Shown piece by piece: positions 36,090 through 49,888 of a stretch of 64,000 nt of DNA. The first letter of the stretch is position 1. The number at the start of each line of letters is the position of its first letter. The notes beneath the pieces are model-generated. The model was given only the letters and a program-made list of their open reading frames with translations, was not told where the DNA came from and searched no databases. Location: the NCBI RefSeq assembly GCF_006345805.1, contig NC_043002.1:93062001-93126000 (forward strand), in the 5' to 3' direction. The position numbers were made by a program, and so were the translations under genes. The stretch comes from Octopus sinensis. Taxonomy: Eukaryota.

Positions 36090-36170
36090 ATGCGCCTTGC
36101 CTTCCACCGCCGCCAACGCCCACAGCATAGTAGTGGGAGGAAGGCCAATACGCGCGCACTGATTGGTAAA
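36090..36170 (-). promoter_or_regulatory. Candidate CpG-rich core promoter with opposed CCAAT boxes
   Basis: ccaccgccgccaacgcc, CCAAT at 36145-36149, cgcgcgc and ATTGG at 36162-36166 in an otherwise AT-rich, TE-free stretch. Donor-like ttgcg|gtaatt on minus near 35925. Confidence 0.5.
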
Positions 36171-37259
36171 ATTAAGATAAAAGTCCACACTGAATATTCT
36201 TTATAATCGAATATTCACGGCATGTTAATTACCCGTTATCAGTCGCTAGTTTGCTTCCTATTTCATTATAATGTTTTCTTCCCGTTTCCCGATCACCTAT
36301 TGCCTCTATCTTTAATAGAAGTAGTCGCTATTATGCACCTTCAGGTGACCTATTCCATGTGTTCTGTACTAATACATTCTCTCTTACTTTCACTGTTACA
36401 TAATTCTACTTTCATTGATGAGTGCAGGAGAACTACTTTTATTTTGATCTGTTTGAACTCTTATCGACGCTCGTTAGAAATTATTTGTTAATTACCACTG
36501 ACTTCAAATTTTCTATTCAAATATTATTTCTTCTTCCTCGTGTTTTCTACGTCTTCCTCTCACTCACTCATTCCCTTTCTCGCGCGCTTTTATTCATCAT
36601 CCTGACTTTTTCTGCTTTTCTCTGCATGTCTCTAGCTACCCATCTATAACTTTGTCTCAGCTATTTTTAATTATAATCAATCAAAAGTAATGTCGTGTTA
36701 ACGTAAATAATAAAATAAGTAAATATTTATTTCTAATTATAGTCACGCGGTCTCAAATTTAAAAGAATATAGTCCATTAAGTCAAACCCAGTTCTATAAA
36801 TGAACATAAGTAAATAACAATCATTTGATTTCAACAATCGAATATAGGAGGAAAGATACATGCAATTCGACAACATTTTATCCAGCACAGAATATACAAA
36901 GGTGATTAAAATAAAATATATTAATAATTTTGATATCAGTTATTAAAAAAAATTATGCAAAAGTAAAACTTACAACACAGCTAAAATATTGATTCATATG
37001 TACCAAAATTAACTAATCGTTCATCTGGATGACACACTTTTACAGATTATATAACTGATGCCAAACATGATCGAGTATCACAAGAATTATTGTTTGTTTG
37101 TTTTTTTAATCAATATATATTAGTTGTTATAGTACTACATCACATTGCCTTTATATAAACAATAATGACAATACAAACCTGTAAAGATTTCAGTGCTATA
37201 TCAAATTGTTGAAAACAATTTCTACATGTGATATAATGTTGTTGTTACACAAGTTCCCG

Positions 37260-37267
37260 TGACGTCA
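37260..37267. promoter_or_regulatory. Full CRE palindrome TGACGTCA
   Basis: Exact motif in TE-poor sequence about 1.1 kb from the 36.1-kb island; a chance occurrence is possible. Confidence 0.3.
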
Positions 37268-37467
37268 TAATTTACGTTTGGCACACTATTTACTTCGGCT
37301 AAACCTAAAGATATAGAGAGAGCTAATAAATGGTTTTCATTGGTACGTTTTATGTAATAATTCTGTTTCATTGGGTGCTTTATAAAGCAGTTTTACTATA
37401 ATGGACCAGGAGCGGATGTCGAGAGAATGCTATAGCTACCACTATTACAACTACCGTTGGAATATAA

Positions 37468-37698
37468 ATTTCTTTACTACCCACAATGGGCTAAACTTAG
37501 AGGGGACAAACAAGGACAGACAAACGGATTAAGTCGATTATATCGACTCCAGTGCGTAACTGGTACTTATTTAATCGACCCCGAAAGGATGAAAGGCAGA
37601 GTCGACCTCGGCGGAATTTGAACTCAGAACGTAGCGGCAGACGAAATACTGCTAAGCATTTCGGCCGGCGTGCTAACGATTCTGCCAGCTCGTCGCCT
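37468..37698 (-). mobile_element. SINE-A' (SINE-A head/body with alternative tail)
   Basis: Same head and body as SINE-A, but the tail reads ttaatccgtttgtctgtccttgtttgtcc..gtgggtagtaaagaaat. Twin at 55892-56122. Confidence 0.9.
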
Positions 37699-38449
37699 AA
37701 GTATGTAGGAGGACATTGGAGTGGTGCATAACTTCTGTTGATACTTATATTACTGCTACTAATTCTCAAATACATCCGATCTTCACCAGCTTTTTCTATT
37801 TTTTATTGTTCCGCACTCGATTCTCTCTTGATACCATGTTGATAAGACTGACACACTGCTTACCGATGAAATGTCCCACACTTGTATATATCTGCTATAT
37901 ATAAATTTGAAGTTATATATATGTATATGTATATATAATAAAGTATTATTGTATTGTTGTTATCCCAAAGCAACCAATTACTTCTAGATGGTCTCTTGCA
38001 CATTTCGCTTCTCAGAAAGGCCAAAATAGTACAACTTACGCTTTCTACTCTGGAAATTTAGCAATTCTTTAATTAGTATATTTTTTATCAACAAGTTCTG
38101 CATCTTCTGTTATTTTTGTTCAAAATTAATATTTTTGTGGACATACAAAACCATAATCAGTTTTGAATACTATAAGCATTGTGCAGACAAAACTCCCTAC
38201 AAAAAAAAAACTCTTAGGACGAAACACCCACATGACAAAAAAAAAAAACACAAGCAATTTTTAAATCAATTTTTATTTGTATTATTTGTAGTTTATGAAC
38301 ACTTTCAGATGTAAAAAATTAGATTAATCATAACCTCAATTACAAAAATGTGGATAATAAAAAGAACGTCATACCATATATTTGCAAAATTAAAACAAAT
38401 ACAATATTAAAAACCTCATTAACTATTGATGTTTATTTAAAGTTCATTT

Positions 38450-38854
38450 GGATCTTTTCGGTTTGAACGGCAGTTTTTAACATAATTTCTAAGTAACTAA
38501 AAAAATTTAAACTTTGTATACTGGTAGAATGTGTTTATAAAACATCTTTTTCTCTTGGCTTTATTGAGAAAATTCTATAGTTTGTAAGATATTTGTGGGT
38601 TTTTTTCTGCAATTTCAACCAATCACTGACGTCTATTGAGGTAAAAAAAAAACATTCTGTGCTGTATGAATATGTCCCTCTTTAAGAAACAGATTGGGTT
38701 TATTTATTTACATTTGTGAAGGAAAAAAGATACCCCCCCACCCTAACCCTAAAACAGATTGAAATGCAATAGATCGATTCTAGTGTCATAATTATGGGTG
38801 ACAATTTCATATGACACCGGTAGAAAAAAACTGCCGTTCAAACCGAAAAGATCC
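38450..38854 (+). mobile_element. GG-ended MITE with 8-bp TSD (Merlin-like), copy 1
   Basis: TIR GGATCTTTTCGGTTTGAACGGCAGTTTTT; flanks gttcattt and gttcaata. Confidence 0.9.
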
Positions 38855-41800
38855 GTTCAATATACTACAACCTGATCCTTTTCCCTACATCATTCAGAAA
38901 TTCTACCATGATCTTTCTCTCATTAACATAGTCCAGAGGTGGGGTTTTGTCTAGACTGTGTAAGCATTATACTTATTATTCGATAGTATATTTAATTAAA
39001 CAACAAAAGTATATTCATATATGTATTAAAAATTGATGACTATTTTTTTTACATTAGCTAAACAATAATGGACTAACATTCATTTTTATTACACGTGTAT
39101 ATATTTTAGCAGTTTAATGTTCTTAATCTCTAGACTTCCACCTAGATGAGATTGTACTTAAAAACGTTTAAGTTAGATTAGCCTAAAGTGATGACTAAAT
39201 TTTATTGTTCTTAGCACCAAAATTTCTACAGTGATGGAAAAAACAATTTTTAAATAATATCTTATCCCAACTTAAACCAACAAATTCTTTCCTCGACTGA
39301 TATTGAAGTCAATAAAGTATTGAGCAACCAGAATTGAGTTCAGTAATTTATATCTTGTCATTACTTATTGAGACCTAGAGATGATGAACAATTAACTTTG
39401 AGATGAATGGTTTATAGCATTCATTTTATAGCTATTATGATAGAGATATGATGGGCAGCTAGCTAAGAGTCTTGCTACAGATTAATGGTCTATAGCTTGT
39501 CATTGTAACTGCGATTCATGAATAATGAACAACTAGTCATAAAATCAATTTATACCTTGCCATTGCCCCTGGGATATTCTTTTTCAAAAGGCCACAACTG
39601 AGATGCACTTCACAAAGCTACACCAAAGATTTCTTTTTCCCATTAGCTTTGGTACATTCTCAGTGTTATGTTATGTATGACAAGCTATATCCATAGCCAA
39701 GAAATTTAATTCTGAAAAGCTAAGATCTGACTGGGCCTGACGAAGCCTTCCAGCTTCACAGACCCCAGTTGACCCGTCCAACCCATGCTAGCATGGAAAG
39801 CGGACGCTAAATGATGATGATGAAGTACTATAGTGTGGTATAATTCACTGTGTCGAATTGATTCCACCTATGAGAAAATTACCTGCAATAAATTGTCACC
39901 ATATCCAGATTATATTATTTAGCATCATTGAAACTGAAGACAAGTCTCTAAACCTGAGATATTTCATCTAACATTCTACTTTTTAATAATCGTTTCTGAT
40001 TTAGGCACACAACCAGAAATTTTAAAGAGAGGCAGTTACACAATACCATTAACCCCTAAGTCCTTCACTGATACTTTATTTTACTTACTCTGAAAGTATG
40101 AAAGCAAGCTTGGAACACCTACTATAAGGCACTTCTGTTCTGATGTTCTATAGGTTCTGACACCTTAATAATAATAATCCTTTCTACTAAAGGCACAAGG
40201 CCTGAAATTTGGGGGCAAGGGATAAGTCAATTACATCAACCTCAGTTTTCGACTGGTACTCATTTTATCAACCCTGAAAAAAGATAGATATACTATTGAA
40301 AACGTCTCATTCATATACTACACCAAGACAAGCATTTTTATTGATAGTTTGTTCATTGATGGTAGCTTCGGTAAATGTTTTAGTTGTTGTGTAACTCCAG
40401 ATCAGCTCTGATTGAGTTGACCCATGATCAAAATGTTCCAGCTGTGACCGTCTGATTTATTCACTGATGACTATACTCCGAGTAGGGGGGACAATGAGTA
40501 ATATTTACTGCATTTTTAACTTTAAGAAAAAATATTTTTTACAAATGTCAATTATACCTTACAAAAAGTATATCAGCTAAACAAATGACCTTCTCTAAAT
40601 ACATTGAAAACAACATAGCATATTCAGAACACTATTTCAGAAAACTGTCTCCGTTCTTTTTGAGAATGTAAAAGACAAATTTTGCTGGGGAAAAACGAGT
40701 AAGACAAGATGAGATAAATTACGTTTTCAATTCACCTGAATTACATTTGAATAAAAAAATTAAAAAAACTCGTACACATCAATACCCATCCTTAGACATC
40801 AGAAAAATCAAAAATGCAACAAAAATTTTAAATATCGAGATGAAATTAAAAAAGGTTCATGGAAAAATGCACATATGAAATTAATGACACTTAACTAAAT
40901 CTAAAAACTCAACATAAAATATTCTTATAACTTCTTCACAATCTGCTGGAGTGGCCTTTCTTCCCAATATATTTACATACCATGCATTTAAAAAGAAGAA
41001 ATTATTGAAATTAGTCATTACATATTTTGCTCCATTTTAGACATCATTTTTTGAAACTTGAAAATTATCAAATTGGACATTAGTGACAGTGGGGGTGGAA
41101 TTTACTTGGAACCCAACAGAGAAAAAAATATTGATTATTAAACACACAAAAAAATTATCTAGATATTTTATTAGCAACCTCAATTACAATCGGGTTAAAT
41201 TTGAGAAAAAATTTCCCTGAAATAAAAAGTACCTTATCACCAACTATGTTTCAGACTCCCTCAACTTCAACAACAACTATGCTGACCAATTTTTACTCCT
41301 CAAGATGATGCAACATTACAAAATGACGATGCAGTACTTGCAATGTCATGCTTTCAAACAGGTAGGGAAAGAATAGCAAGCAATCAGAAATTACTCATTT
41401 TGTTCCAGTTACCAATTTTGCCTAATACATTTCACGCCACCCCACTAACACATACACATTTTTAAGACTGTATGATATGATTTGTTGCAGATCGACCTGT
41501 TATTTTTAGCAGATTAAACAACCACGTAGAGGTTATCCCAAAGACTTATGCTTTAGTACGTTATTGTCTGAGTACTATTAACTCTTCAACTCAAATATAC
41601 CTCATTCTCTTCATCGATTCACTTCTAACGAATGTGAAACGTTGTTACTAGTATATTATTAATTCACTAGGAACAGTTTACAGTTCTTCTCAATTTCGTT
41701 GCTGACTTTTAAATTCTTGTTTGTCGTATGCATCTTTTCGCAATCAGGAATTTTCTTAAGATGATAAGTAGTAGCTCGGCACGCTAAAAATACAACCAAA

Positions 41801-42639
41801 GTGTTCGATAATGTAATCCTAGAAAACCTATGCTTGAATAAAAGATGCGATTATCTGCTCGATCAGGACAGATAGTAATTTTCTGTGCATCTTTCAACAG
41901 AAGTTGGAAATTCTCAAGGAGACTGGGTAATGGGAAGTTACTCTGAATTTTAATTTTTAATTAATAAAGTGTATAACTATTTTTCACAGCGAAGTCATGG
42001 TTAATGAGGGGAAGTAACTCTCAGCAGAATGCTGTGGAGCCTTTACGTTCAACCACAAACATAGCCCTCAGCATATTTTAAAAAAGGACACATTAGTTGA
42101 TATAGTCCAAGGTATGCCATGATATCTATAGAAGCCTACCAACTACTTCTGTTATGTTTCTCTAAGAACATTTTCTCCTTTTTATTAATGTTGAAGTAGT
42201 GAGTCGATCCCAATTTGCACTGCTACCACAGTTACTCCTCTCTTCCTCCTACTCCATTCCTCCAACTCTCGCTTTTTCTTCCTCCGTCCCCTCTTTCATC
42301 TTCCCTTCTCCACTTTCTCCTTCTCCTCATCCTCCCTTCTTATCCCCTTCTAATATTACTACTACTACCAATAATAATAATAATAACAACAACAACAATA
42401 TTTTACAGTTCTTTCTTTCTTTTGCTTTTTCTTCTATTTTTCATCCCAATTTAGCCCTCTTCTATTTGGCATAGAAGTCCACAGGTACACTACGTCGTCA
42501 TGTTTAACACCATTATCTAGCTCTTGGGTGTCTTTAGCTCTGTTGCAGGCATTCAGACCAGGCCGTTACTCCTGGGACTTCATGAACTTTCTAGGCACCA
42601 TCACTCTCTATACATCCCTCAGTGCCAAAAATAATATTC

Positions 42640-44050
42640 AAACCTCTTTGCCAATAATTCCTCCCATTTTCCAACATTTGAGGACTTCTTTTCAACCAAG
42701 ATCTCACTAGATATCACCTGTTTGTTACATGGAAATCACACAATTAATTTCTATCTACAACCCATCTCAGCTATCCAAGATTCACTCTCTAGTCAAATTT
42801 CACTCCAAAAGGTGGCATCCGCATGTATATAAACACTACTTGTGCTCTCTCTTTCACCAGGCAATAATGACTTATACTTTCTCCAGTTCAAAGTCTCCCC
42901 TCTTTCTCTCCTTCCCTCTCTCTCTCTCTCTTTTATTCCTCAAATACATCGGATCTTTTCAGTTTGAATGGCAGTTTTTAACATAATTTCTAGGTAACTA
43001 AAAAATTTTAAACTTCGTATACTGGTAGAATGTGTTTATAAAACATCTTTTTCTCTTGGCTTTATTGAGAAAATTCTATAGTTTGTAAGATATTTGTGGG
43101 TTTTTTCTTCAATTTCTGCAATTTCAACCAATCAATGACGTCCATTGAGGTAAACAACATTCTGTGCCGTATGAATATGTCCCTCGTTTAAAAAACAGTT
43201 TGGGTTTATTTCCATTTGTGAAGAAAAAGAGATACCCTTCCCCCACCCCTAACCCTAAAAGAGATTGAAATGCAATAGATTGATACTAGGGTCATGATTA
43301 TGGGTGACAATCTCATATGACACTGGTAGAAAAAACTGCCGTTCAAACCGAAAAGATCCAATAAATCTACTTCCACTACTGCTCTCCAAACTCTTCAAAA
43401 CACCAGCAACTCATTGATCACATCCCTTCTTTTATTGAGAACATGTATTTCATCTCTTTCTTCTCCAAAGTCAATGTTTTCAGTGACTTTAACACTCATA
43501 TCTCATGGCTTTCACATTCATCCAACACTGAAGCCGTTAATGTAGAAACCAAATTCTTGACTGTTCTCTACTCTTTACACCAACTTGATTCATCACTTTG
43601 CATTCCACACTGACACACAGATACTGCAAGCACCCTTGATCTTTCTCTCATCTCAAACAATGTCCATCACTGTACCTATTCAACCATCCAACCACTCTGC
43701 TTCATTGCAATTACCCAACATGCAATCACATACTCCCTGTCCCTCATATTTTAAGGCACTTTAAGTCAGCAACTATTCAGAGCTCCACTAGTCTTGTGTT
43801 ATTTATCTTTCACAGCACATTTGCTTCACTGTTGACTCATCTGAAGAAGCTAGGCAAGTGACTGAAATCATCCTTTTAGGCATGTTCCTTCACATATCAC
43901 AAAAAAAATATCCCAGTATCTAAAAGTCCCAAAAGTGATTTATTCAAGCTGCACTGCAGCTTTTGAGCAAAACACAAAGTCTACAATACCTGGAGAATCT
44001 CATCCACTCTTCAAAACAGAAGCATTCGCACAACAGCTTGACAAATTTTT
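42640..44050 (+). pseudogene. Highly degraded LINE endonuclease region, interrupted by MITE copy 2
   Basis: Remnants FSNI*GL, VFSDFNTH..WLSHSSNTE and STLDLSLISN resemble APE endonuclease motifs. Confidence 0.5.
42951..43359 (+). mobile_element. GG-ended MITE, copy 2
   Basis: Same TIRs; TSD aatacatc / aataaatc. Confidence 0.92.
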
Positions 44051-44635
44051 CTGCTCTAAAAGGATTTTATCCTATATGTGCTGTTCTATCAGTATTTACA
44101 CATTGAAAAATATATCTTTTTACTTATATACTTTTTTTGTCTATTGACTTCAAGCTCCATGCTGCAAGATGGTATAATTTTAATATATTGAGCCTTCTGG
44201 CATTTTCCCAAGGACCTGTCCTTTCCCCTTGTTCATTTTATTTTACACATTTGTATTCACTCTGGTGAAGCTCCATATATTAGATCGAATGTACTATGAA
44301 GATAATGAATATTATTTTCGTAATTTCTTTCATAAGCTCCGATTAACATTAGAAGCGGAAACAGCCGTAAGAAATGGTAGTTCATGTTTTGTATTAAAGA
44401 ATAATCAACCGATGTGGTTCAATTTGTTTGTTTGTTGATCAAAAGTTTTCTCCATTTTCAGATTATTTATGTGTGTGTGTCTGTGTTTGTGTGTGTGTGT
44501 GTGTGTGTCTGGAGAGGTTGAATTTTATTTCATCCTTTGCTTTGGAGGGTTACAAAGGGCAATTTCTGACAAAGATTCTTCATATTTTGCTGGTAGCTTA
44601 CTAGCATAAAATTTTTGTGAATATGAAATTAAATA

Positions 44636-45036
44636 GGCATAGGAGTGGCTATGTGGTAAGTAGCTTGCTTACCAACCACATGGTTCCGGGTTCAGTTCCA
44701 CTGCGTGGCACCTTGGGCAAGTGTCTTCTACTATAGCCTTAGGCAGACCAAACCCTTGTGAGTGGATTTGGTAGACGGAAACTGAAAGAAGCCCGTCATA
44801 TATATGTATATATATATATATGTATGTGTGTATATGTTTGTGTGTCTGTGTTTGTCCCCCAACATCACTTGACAACCGATGCTGGTGTGTTTACATCCCC
44901 GTAACTTAGCGGTTCAGCAAAGAGACCGATAGAATAAGTACTAGGCTTAGAAAGAATAAGTTCTGGGGTCGCTTTGCTCAACTAAAGGCGGTGTTCCATC
45001 ATGACCACAGTAAAATGACTGAAACAAGTAAAAGAG
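44636..45036 (+). mobile_element. Full-length SINE-B
   Basis: ggcataggagtggc ... ggcggtgttccatcatgaccacag ... gaaacaagtaaaagag. Confidence 0.9.
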
Positions 45037-46494
45037 TATATATGGTGTGTTATGAGAATTTAAGGAAAGATATCCCATAGAAACTCAACAAGTATGTTAA
45101 AAAATGGACAAGGGAAGATGTTGAAATACAAAAATAATTTTAAAATTAAAATTAAAATTCTTTTAATATTTCAACATTTATTCTCCATTTTTTAACATAC
45201 GAGGGACGTTCAATAAGTAATGCCTCTGACCCACTTGCAGTTGTTTGATCTAGCTGAAATTTTGCATGTGCAAGCTCTGAATTAATTGTGGTTTCTGATT
45301 TACAGGTGTTTGAACCGAGTCAAGTGTGAAATGGAGCCTGTTGAGTGTTGAGCAGTGATCCGGTTTTTGTATTTGAAAGGACGCACACCACGAGAGACTT
45401 TTGATGAAATGAAAGTAACTTATGGTGATGATGCCCCATCATATGACCTTGTAAAACGCTGGCATCGTGAATTCAAACATGGTCGGAACTCTGTGGAAAC
45501 AGCTCCCAGATCTGGTTGATAAGGCATCTGTCCGTCAAGTTGAGGCTGCCATTTTGGAAGATCGACGCATAATTATTCGCCAAATAGCCCATGAGGTCAA
45601 GATTAGTACCGGGTCTGTGGAAACTATCATTCATGACCATTTGCATATGCAAAAGGTGTCTGCCAGATGGATTCCCAGGTTTCTCACGCCTTTCCAGAAG
45701 CAAGAACGCGTCGAGTGCTCGAGGGTGAATTTGGAGATGTGCCAAGAAGATGAGTCAAAATTTTTCAAAAGACTGATTACACAGGATGAAACCTGGGTCC
45801 ATCACGATGATCCAGAGACCAAAGCCCAGTCAATGCAGTGGAAGCACCGTGACTCACCCCCTCCAAAGAAGGCAAGGGTGCAGCCCTCCGCTGGCAAGGT
45901 CATGCTCACAGTCTTCTGGGACCAGGACGGAGTAGTGATGACAGATTTCCTGGCAAAGGGTAACACAATTGCAAGAGCCTATTATGCTTCACTTTTGAGG
46001 AAATTAAGAGAAGTTATCAAAATTAAGAGGCGGGGCAAGATCAGCAAAGGCATCCACCTCCTGCAGGACAACGCTCTGGTCCACAACTCGCTTGTCGCCA
46101 GATCAGAAGCACAGGCGTATGGCTATGAACTCCTCCCCCATGCCCCTACTTTCCTGACCTTGCACCCTCTGATTTTCACCTCTTCCCAGTCATGAAGTTG
46201 TTTTTGAAAGGAAAGCGTTTCCCAGATGATGCAGCCTTGATTTCTGAAGTCACGTTCAGGTTGGAGGACCAAGCTGGGGTCTTCTACAAAAACGGTCTCC
46301 AGAGCTGCATCAAACAATGGGAGAAATGAGTAACTCTGGGTGGTTCCTATGTAGAAAAAGACTAATAACTGTGCCAAGTTTCGTTGCTCTACTGCTATGG
46401 GAAGTGGGTCAGGGACATTACTTATTGAACGCCCCTCGTACTTGCTGAGTTTCTATGGGATACCTTTCCATAAATTCTCATAACACACCATATA
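45037..46494. mobile_element. Palindromic TA-ended MITE hosting a full-length mariner
   Basis: The left arm tatatggtgtgttatgagaattt..caagtatgttaaaaaatgg pairs with ccattttttaacaTA|mariner|TActtgctgag..cataacacaccatata. Confidence 0.85.
45200..46438 (+). mobile_element. Full-length mariner transposon (1239 bp) with decayed D,D34D transposase (about 45331-46365)
   Basis: TIRs of about 37 bp (cgagggrcgttcaataagtaatg...tgacccactt) with TA on both sides. Motifs ARWIPR, ITQDETW, LQDNA and a frameshifted (Y)FPDLAPSDFHLF; internal stops. Confidence 0.96.
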
Positions 46495-46730
46495 CATATT
46501 TACATAAATCATCAGTAGATGATATATATATATATATATAAATCGTCAGTAGTTCATATATCTGAAACAGGACATTCTAAAGCGTTAGAGCAGTGATATA
46601 TTTGAGGGGAGGAGAGTTAAATGTTATAACCAGTCATTGAGTGAACATTGGGTTTGCACCTATAAATGGTCACTCTATACTGGCTGTAACATTTAACTTC
46701 ATTATATATATATAAGTGTGAGTGTATGTG

Positions 46731-46777
<47 letters not shown>

Positions 46778-47238
46778 ATATTACATACACATTTATGTGT
46801 ATAACATGGAATTTGTAATGTTTTAGAGAAAATAAATTATCTCCCTTGGTTTAAAGCGTTGAAGTTTTTAAATTTCTTTGGAGTGCAATCCTCCAAGTGT
46901 AAGCCTGTTGGATTTTCATGTGTGAATGGGGATCAAAGGTTTAATTTCTTTTCTTTTTCTTTCTTTTCTTTTAGCTAACAACAAAAGAAAAGTCTGTAAA
47001 GCATTAACAATTAACTCATCGTCGTATTTAATGTAAGAAAATATCTCTGCTTAATAAAACCATTTGTTTATGTGAATTAATATTTCCTCTTCCTTTTTAT
47101 ATTAAATTCGATCCAATTAGTAAAAAAGAAAAATTACTCCTAGCCCTTTTTAATATAGTCAATGCAATAGTCCATTGCATGAGGTTACATGGTGTGGCAT
47201 GGTTTTTTTTGTTTTGTTGTTTATTTTTAAAATATAAT

Positions 47239-47760
47239 CGAGACCTTTGGAAGTATGCTGTGCGTGAGAAAACCCGGCAGGACAAGTGAGACCATAACCC
47301 GTGGCCTCTACCTGGGATGTAGCCAGCCCACTTATGCATACCTTTCCTTCTTGGGACACAAAACTCTACTTGCAAAGACCTGTTGAGGCAAGTGAAATCG
47401 AAATCGATCAAAATCAATGGAAATTGTAGTTGTGATACCAGTGCCGGTGGCACATAAGAGAACCATCCGAACGTGGCCGTTGCCAGCGCCGCCCCGACTG
47501 GCCTCTGTGCCGGTGGCATGTAAAAAGCACCATCCGACCGTGGCCGTTGCCAGCCTCGTCTGGCACTTGTGCCAGTGGCATGTAAAAAGCACCCACTACA
47601 CTCACGGAGTGGTTGGCGTTAGGAGGGCATCCAGCTGTAGAAACCTGCCAGATCAGACTGGGCCTGATGAAGCCTTTTGGCTTCCCAGACCCCAGTTGAA
47701 CCGTCCAACCCATGCTAGCATGGAAAGCGGACTTTAAACGATGATGATGATTATGATGAA
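47239..47760 (+). mobile_element. 5'-truncated RTE LINE end: last codons RDLWKYAVREKTRQDK* plus long 3' UTR with three hairpin units
   Basis: Stop at 47287-47289; units near 47441, 47507 and 47569; (gat)n tail. Confidence 0.75.
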
Positions 47761-48084
47761 TTTAAGTGTTAGAAAAATCCATATTCATGCTTGAGTTCCC
47801 CAAAATATGTTATTTTCAATTCAGTTATCATATAATTAGTAAAATGGGGTCAGCATTAGTTTTTATAAATTTTAAAATTTTAAAACATTTTATGTTTAAA
47901 CTTTGCAAGTGGTTCTTTTTTTTTTTTCTCTCTTGGGACCATGATGTCAAAAATATTAAAAATCTTTGATCTAATGTAATTTCATGTTTTAAAAAAATGT
48001 CTATAGATGACTTAAACAACATTACTTTTAGAAGTCAAATCTACCTACACATGCTACAAGTAGATCACAAGTAGAAAACATTAC

Positions 48085-48508
48085 AGATCTTTTCGGCTTG
48101 AACGGCAGTTTTTTAACATAATTTCTAGGTAACTAAACACTTTTAAACTTCGTATACTGGTAGAATGTGTTTATAAAACATCTTTTTCTCTTGGCTTTAT
48201 TGGGAAAATTCTATAGTTTGTAAGATATTTGTTGTTTTTTTTCTTCAATTTCTGCAATTTCAACCAACCAATGACGTCTATTGAGGTGAAAACATTCTGT
48301 GCCGTATGAATATGTCCCTCGTTTAAGAAACAGATTGGGTTTATTTACATTTGTGTAGAAAAAAGATACCCTTCCCCCCTCCTAACCCTAACTAACCCCA
48401 ACCCTAAAACAGATTGAAATGCAATAGATTGATACTAGGGTCATAATTATGGGTGACAATTTCATATGACACCGGTAGAAAAAACTGCCGTTCAAACCGA
48501 AAAGATCC
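48085..48508 (+). mobile_element. GG-ended MITE, copy 3
   Basis: Perfect 8-bp TSD aacattac (48077-48084 and 48509-48516). Confidence 0.95.
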
Positions 48509-48982
48509 AACATTACATCTGATTTTCCCACCCTTTAAAATTATTAAAATTTTTAGTTTAAACAATTACACATTGTTTCTTATCATTTATCCTAATTCAA
48601 ACTAATATATTTAAATACTTATACTACTATAGACAATCTAATCGAAATTAGTAAACAAATTCTATTATTTAGATGATATAATTTAATGTTAGAAATAATG
48701 GTTTTGACAGTACTAAAGATTCTAGGCAGGCAGAAAGTTTAGAAAACTACAGCTCTCTCTCCCTCCCCCCTCTCTCTTGCTCTTTCACAGACACTCACTG
48801 ACTATATATATATATCACCTGTACCCATATCACCTCCATTGATGTGGCTGTTGGATGTTACTATGCACCACTGATCACAATGTGCTTTCAATACTTTCTG
48901 GATTGTGCCATTATTTTCCTTCTTGGCTTCAATCATCTTACTAAATTATCTTTGAATACACACACACACATATCTCTGTACA

Positions 48983-49125
<143 letters not shown>

Positions 49126-49561
49126 ATATATACATGGTGAATGGGGCATCGTGTCCCATACAAATTGCTCCAAACTTTGGAATGTCACCCTCGCTGTATA
49201 TGGCTGAGCATTATCCTGATTGTCACTTTTCTTCTAGCGCAGGTGTTGATGAATGGCTGAATGACCAAATCCAAGCTTCCCTGCTAGTTCCTCAACAGTT
49301 ACAATGGGATTTTGTTCCATCAGGATTTTCAGGACATCCTTGTGGAGCTCTACAGAACTTCCAGGACAAGTCTCATCTTCTAGGCTGTAGTTTCAAGCTC
49401 AAAATTTCTGGAACCACCATTGACACTGGCTTACGCTTATTGTCCAATCCCCATATTCTGCATTAATAGGTTCAGCCTTGTCACACAGTGTGGAATGTTG
49501 AATCTGCTAAAGAATTACTGTAAGAGTACACGTTAATTTAATGAACAAGCAATTCAATTGA

Positions 49562-49881
49562 CCGGCCCCCGTGCTGGTGGCACATAAAAAGCACCATCCA
49601 TTCATGTCCGTTGCCAGCCTTGCCTGGCCCCCGTGCCGGTGGCACGTAAAAGCACCATCCGTTCATGGCCGTTTGCCAGCACCGTCTGGCACCTGTGCGG
49701 GTGGCACGTAAAAAGCACCCACTACACTTGCGGAGTGGGTGGCGTTAGGAAGGGCATCCAGCCATAGAAACACTGCCAGATCAGACTGGGCCTGATGCAG
49801 CCTTCTGGCTTCACAGACCCCAGTTGAACCGTCCAACCCATGCTAGCATGGAAAACGGACGCTAAATGATGATGATGATGA
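49562..49881 (+). mobile_element. RTE-type 3' UTR fragment with three hairpin units
   Basis: Nearly the same as 15098-15360 with one extra unit. Confidence 0.85.
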
Positions 49882-49888
49882 TATATAA

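Noticed and set aside
48375-48408. Interstitial telomere or chromosome-fusion scar (CCCTAA repeats)
   Set aside because: Only 1-3 units, always at the same position inside the GG-ended MITE.
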